Shown here: in pieces, positions 59,101-64,000 of the stretch
How the letters are laid out: every line of letters begins with the position of its first letter
How positions within the stretch are numbered: the first letter of the stretch is position 1
Source of the DNA: Pecten maximus
Lineage: Eukaryota
Assembly (NCBI RefSeq): GCF_902652985.1
Contig: NC_047016.1
Span: forward strand, 10,726,001 to 10,790,000
Length of the DNA: 64,000 bases
Direction: 5' to 3'
Program-made: the position numbers and the translations under genes
The notes under the pieces: generated by a model
What the model was told of the DNA's origin: nothing
The model's input: only the letters and a program-made list of their open reading frames with translations
Database searches by the model: none

Positions 59101-62100
59101 CATAACACACGTCAACAAGCTGAAAATAACATGTCAATAACCCGAACATAACATGTCAACAGCCCGAACATAACATGTCAATAACCCAAACATAACACAT
59201 GTCAACATCCCGAACATAACATGTCAACAAACTGAACATAACCTGTCAATAACCCGAACATAACATGTCAACAACCTGAACATAACATGTCAATAACCCG
59301 AACATAACATGTCAATAACCTGAACATAATATGTCAATAACCCGAACATAACATGTCAACAACCCGAACATAACATGTCAACAACCCGAACATAACATGT
59401 CAACAAGCTGAACATAACATGTCAATAACCCTAACATAACGTGTCAATATGTCAACAACCTGAACATAACATGTCAATAACCCGAACATAACACATGTCA
59501 ACAAGCTGAACATAACATGTCAACAACCCGAACATAACATGTCAACGACCCGAACTTAACATGTCAATAACCCATGTAGTCATCATGAAAAGATTAAGCC
59601 CTCAGTATCAAACTTGTTGTTAGGTGAGAGGAATTATTTAGGCACTGATTGTAGAATCAGGTGTCGTTACTCCAATATATTTTATTTTAATAGGGCGTTT
59701 GAGAATTCGATGATGTACATATACCTGCTATACCTTTTTGAACTTCATTTGTAGAGAGAATATTGTCGCCCCGATTGTGCCCACTTTAGTTGTTTTTGTT
59801 CCTTCTTTTATATCTAATGGTCATTTGTGATTCACGAGACATCCGTCGTCATTTGAGCTTGACTAACTCTACGACATTGAATCTTAATAAAACCGAATCA
59901 AATTCAGTTCTTAACTGAAAGCTCGTGATATGCAATTCGGAAAGGTATACCTATTGTTAAAAAGTTCTGAAAGATCATTACATTAAAGGCCGAAAAAATA
60001 GATGAATACGTGCTTAATTATATTGCTGTTTTATTTAACAATTAAATCATCGTTTGAAAAACTGATTAAACATATCTGTCTATAAGTTTACTGTGTTAAA
60101 ACAAGGAATGTATTTGTGAGGTTATTATAATGTGTGTACACTTTTTTACAAGTTGTGACATACCACGTTAATGATGGATATTGCAGAGACTTTACTTCTA
60201 CTTCATATTAAGTTATTCCAGACGAGATATATGTTCAGCCTGATCTTCCTAAAGCTCACTTTTTTTTCAAAATGTGCAATTAAACTTAGTATATCTTTTT
60301 TCGGATTTAAAATGTATTCCCGTCTTGGTTTTTACCTGAGGTAGAGAATTGAAGCAATTAATTACTTGTATATGCTCCCACATGTGCACACTTTAGATCA
60401 AGGTATTGCATGTCTGTCTTTTACAGGTATTTCTGAGCACTAGACGCGGGAGCTGGGTGTTTAACCGAATTGGACCTAATGGAATCCCTATCGACATAGC
60501 ATTTACCTCCAGATTCACGTTAGCTATGCAACGTCTGATGCCGCGTTACGTGCTGGAATCATTAGTAAGTTCCACGCTGAATAAACGGTTTGATCACGCA
60601 GCCTATTCATTACAGCCCAATCATTCGTTATTTGCCCAACATCCAATGATGAACGATGATCTTCCCAATCGTATAGCCAGCGGATCGGTCAGAATAAAGA
60701 CGGACATTAAATGTTTTACCGAAACTGGTGTGGAATTCACAGATGGAACAAAGGAAGAGAACATCGATGCGGTGGTTCTTGCGACTGGCTACATATTCGG
60801 ATTTCCTTTCATTGATGAATCCGTTATTGATGTACAGGATAATCGCATAGAGCTATTCAAATATATGTTTCCACCAGATCTGAAAAAGTCGACCATTTGC
60901 ATCGTTGGTTGTGTGCAACCTATTGGTGCTTTGATGCCGATCTCGGAGCTCCAATGCCGACTTGCTACTAGAGTGTTCAAGGTAAGGTACTTTTACCAAA
61001 AAAAACCCCAACAAACTAATGTAATTATACAGTGAGTAAATGTAATGTTGACTTTAAGAATGCATACCAATATATATCTAAGCATCTTATACAATCTAGC
61101 TGTTTAGCAATGACTGGATTTTATTTTGTTTAGCGCATAACCTCTGAAGTAAAAGACTTCCTATCAAACGTCAGGCCTACGTTTGAGTACAGTTTGTAAG
61201 AGTTATCCCCCCTGTGTAACAAAGAGTTACAATCAGTTATGATTTAGTGAAATAAAAAAAACATCTCCAAAAATATATGTCTTAATTGTAGGTTAGTTTC
61301 TCAAATGAAATATGATTATCCCTGTAACCACTAAACATTTACAGAGACGTGTAGCATTGTTTCATTTTTATTTTAAAACAATCATTTTTTTCTGCAAAAA
61401 TAGATAATAGATATCAAGAAAATCAGCATGGAAAGACAAAATTGTTTTTCTGCAAAGCAAATGATTATGCGAAGTTCAATCATGTCAATTTTCATGACAA
61501 TCGGTTCATTATTGTCTGACCATGTCCTATCCCCTTAAACACTGTCGCAAAATGTTAAAACGACCCACCCATAGTGCTTTTCGTATAGGCCAAAAGATAG
61601 GAGTTGCAATTAGGGAAACTAATTCAGCGAAATATTGTCAGCGCGAAGAGAGCTGAAACAAAATTTAATGGTTAATTTGTGTGGTTCTTAGGGAGATGTC
61701 ACCTTGCCGTCAAGTGATAACATGTGGGGCGACATCCGGGCGAAGGAAGAGAGGATGAGACAAACGTATGTGAAATCCAAACGTCACACGATACAGGTGG
61801 ATTGGATCCCGTTCATGGACGAACTTGCCACACTGAATGGCTGTAAGCCCAACCTAGGTATGTACAATACGTTGTAGGCACTATGTTACATAAACTTCGC
61901 CCACGAAAACATTCTATTGCAATTCATCAAAACACGTATCATTTTCAATCAAATGCACAAATATTTATATGCTTGTGAAGTACTTAATAATAATTGTAAT
62001 TTTATTTTACACATTTTGGCGGTTATCACCTATATGAAGATTAAATCTCAAGTGGAATGACAAAGATTGCATTAAATTGAAAACTAATTTCTCATTTTTA

Positions 62101-63440
62101 TTGGAATAAAACAATGAATTATTTTTAAAAAAAATATCGTCAATATATAACACGTGTTGCTTGTGATTGTATAGAATAAAACACAGTTGAAAAGTACGGG
62201 GATATGTTTTTGATTTGACTACACTTAGCCAATGTATGATAATTTGTAATCCTTCAATTGGACTTGAAATTTGCGCTGTCATCTTAAATTCTCCCTAACA
62301 TCAAAGGGCGAAAATGGCGAAAATTAAAGGGGCGCGAACATTACCAGGTATACAGTATTTCATTTCAAAGATATTTTTCAATGTGAATATCGTCAATAAT
62401 TGATTGCAACAGTATTTAGCCCAATTTTGTGCACAAGACATGATGTCAGAACCAGAGATTATACACTGTTCGTCTCGCGGAAATACAAGTGTCGATTCAA
62501 CAGGATCTATCTGGGTGACTAATGTTGTGCAACATGATCTATCAGGGTGACTAATGTTGTGCAACATGATCTATCAGGGTGACTAATTTTGTAAAAGAGA
62601 TTTCAAATTCACCACGGTGATTAATGTTGTACAATAGGATCTATCAGGTTGACCAATGTTGTACAACATTTTTAGGATGATTATTGTTGTACAACATGAT
62701 CTATCAGGGTGACTAATGTTGTACAACAGGATCTATCAGGTTGACCAATGTTGTACAACATTTTTAAGGATGATTATTGTTGTACAACAGGGTCTATCAG
62801 GGTGACCATTGTTGTACAACAGGATCTATCAGGGTGACTAAAGTTGTACAACATGATCTATCAGGGTGACCAATGTTGTACAACAGTTTTTCAGGGTGAC
62901 TAATGTTGAACAACAGGATCTGTTTGCATGAAATGTTTCGCTTGCTTTCAGTCTTGTAGAATTTGGAAAACCATATATAATTGATTTGCTGTCCCGTTGC
63001 ATCACCGATGATCACGAAAATAAATGAGATCAATTGTTTACTTAACCTTCCATAGTCACATTCAGTTGTTCTTAGTTTAGTCCATGAACATAGCTGGCAG
63101 GCAAAGTGACCTGTTACGTAGTCATGGTATATTTTAAATTTCTTTTGGATAATAATATGACGTTTTTCGTACATGCTATTGTTTAATTTTAGGTATGTTG
63201 ATTCGGAGAGATCTACATTTAGCGATGAAGTGTATCTTAGGGCCATGTACACCTTACCAATATAGACTCGAGGGGCCCGGCAAATGGGATGGGGCAAGAG
63301 ACGCAATCTTCACACAGATGGACCGGACTTTAAACTGCCTGAAGACAAGACCACTAGGGTTCGAGCCTAAAAAGTCCGGGGGATTATTCCTGTTGATCTT
63401 GGTCGTCCTGCTGGCTATCGTCTATAAACTGTTCTTCTGA
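56104..63440 (+). CDS. FMO5: Flavin-containing monooxygenase (FMO5-like), copy 2 (6 coding exons, ~530 aa)
   Basis: Exons 56104-56212, 56686-56900, 57076-57375, 60427-60981, 61692-61857, 63193-63440. Exon sizes and motifs are identical to copy 1 and the ORF is intact. Confidence 0.93.
57500..59575. repeat. Expanded 22/24-bp minisatellite in FMO copy 2 intron 3
   Basis: Dominant unit AATAACCCGAACATAACATGTC. Confidence 0.95.
62500..62920. repeat. 32-bp tandem repeat in FMO copy 2 intron 5 (no SINE)
   Basis: Same unit as 49637-50390. Confidence 0.85.
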
Positions 63441-64000
63441 ACAAATCTGAACGTGTTTATAGTCACATGTACTAGGTCATATTCTAAGTGACAATATATT
63501 CGCAGTTTATATCGCTATGAATGTCATTTGTGATTGTTCGGTATGGTGACACTAATATTCATGGAAATATGTATAGTTGTTGTTCATTGTGAAGATAAAC
63601 ATGAAAAGTTATAACTGTATAACCAGTCCATTGGTAGAGTAGAATGGTTGTCTACACTATGTAGTTTCGTATCGTTATCACAGCAAGTTGAAATTATAAT
63701 AGAAGTATATTCTTTATTGTTTAAACCTGCGTGTTTCAATAACTTTAACACCATGTAATTGATAAGTTCTTAAATATATCATATTCATAAATAGACAACG
63801 TGTTATTTACTGTACGGATATACATGTTCAATGCCTAGTAAAATACGTTTTTATGTATTACAATATCCAAAAAGCTAATTAAGACAATGTGGCAATATGG
63901 TTATTATTTTTACACGTAGAAAATTGCATATTCTTTTTCAATTTAGAAGAATTGGAATAGTCGATTTTGAATGAATCTGTTCACCACACTTTACAAAGCA

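Overview
AT-rich, intron-rich animal genomic DNA. The repeat families and gene content suggest a mollusc, probably a bivalve (inference). Manual splicing of both strands gives six complete genes and one partial gene. (1) The 5' end of a probable secreted-protein gene runs off the left edge (-). (2,3) Two tandem 9-exon PhyH-family Fe(II)/2-oxoglutarate dioxygenases, L-proline trans-4-hydroxylase/ectoine-hydroxylase-like (-; 1648-5633 and 8253-13417). (4) A 13-exon SMYD3-like SET/MYND gene (-; 17431-39502) that the ORF track misses. (5) An intronless RING-B-box-coiled-coil-NHL (TRIM-NHL) gene nested antisense in SMYD3 intron 8 (+; 27272-29521). (6,7) Two tandem 6-exon flavin-containing monooxygenases (+; 44656-50912 and 56104-63440). 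The most unusual structure is a ~2.7-kb, 39-bp minisatellite in the last SMYD3 intron. Its unit is the 3' end of exon 12 plus its splice donor, giving dozens of in-frame competing 5' splice sites, and an in-frame stop lies just past the true donor. Other features: nested DNA transposons/MITEs, a chimeric SINE with a 5' pseudoknot, a TRIM-type mini-LTR element with tRNA-like LTRs, hammerhead-ribozyme relics, and a divergence hotspot between the FMO paralogs. All gene models are hand-derived without transcript data.
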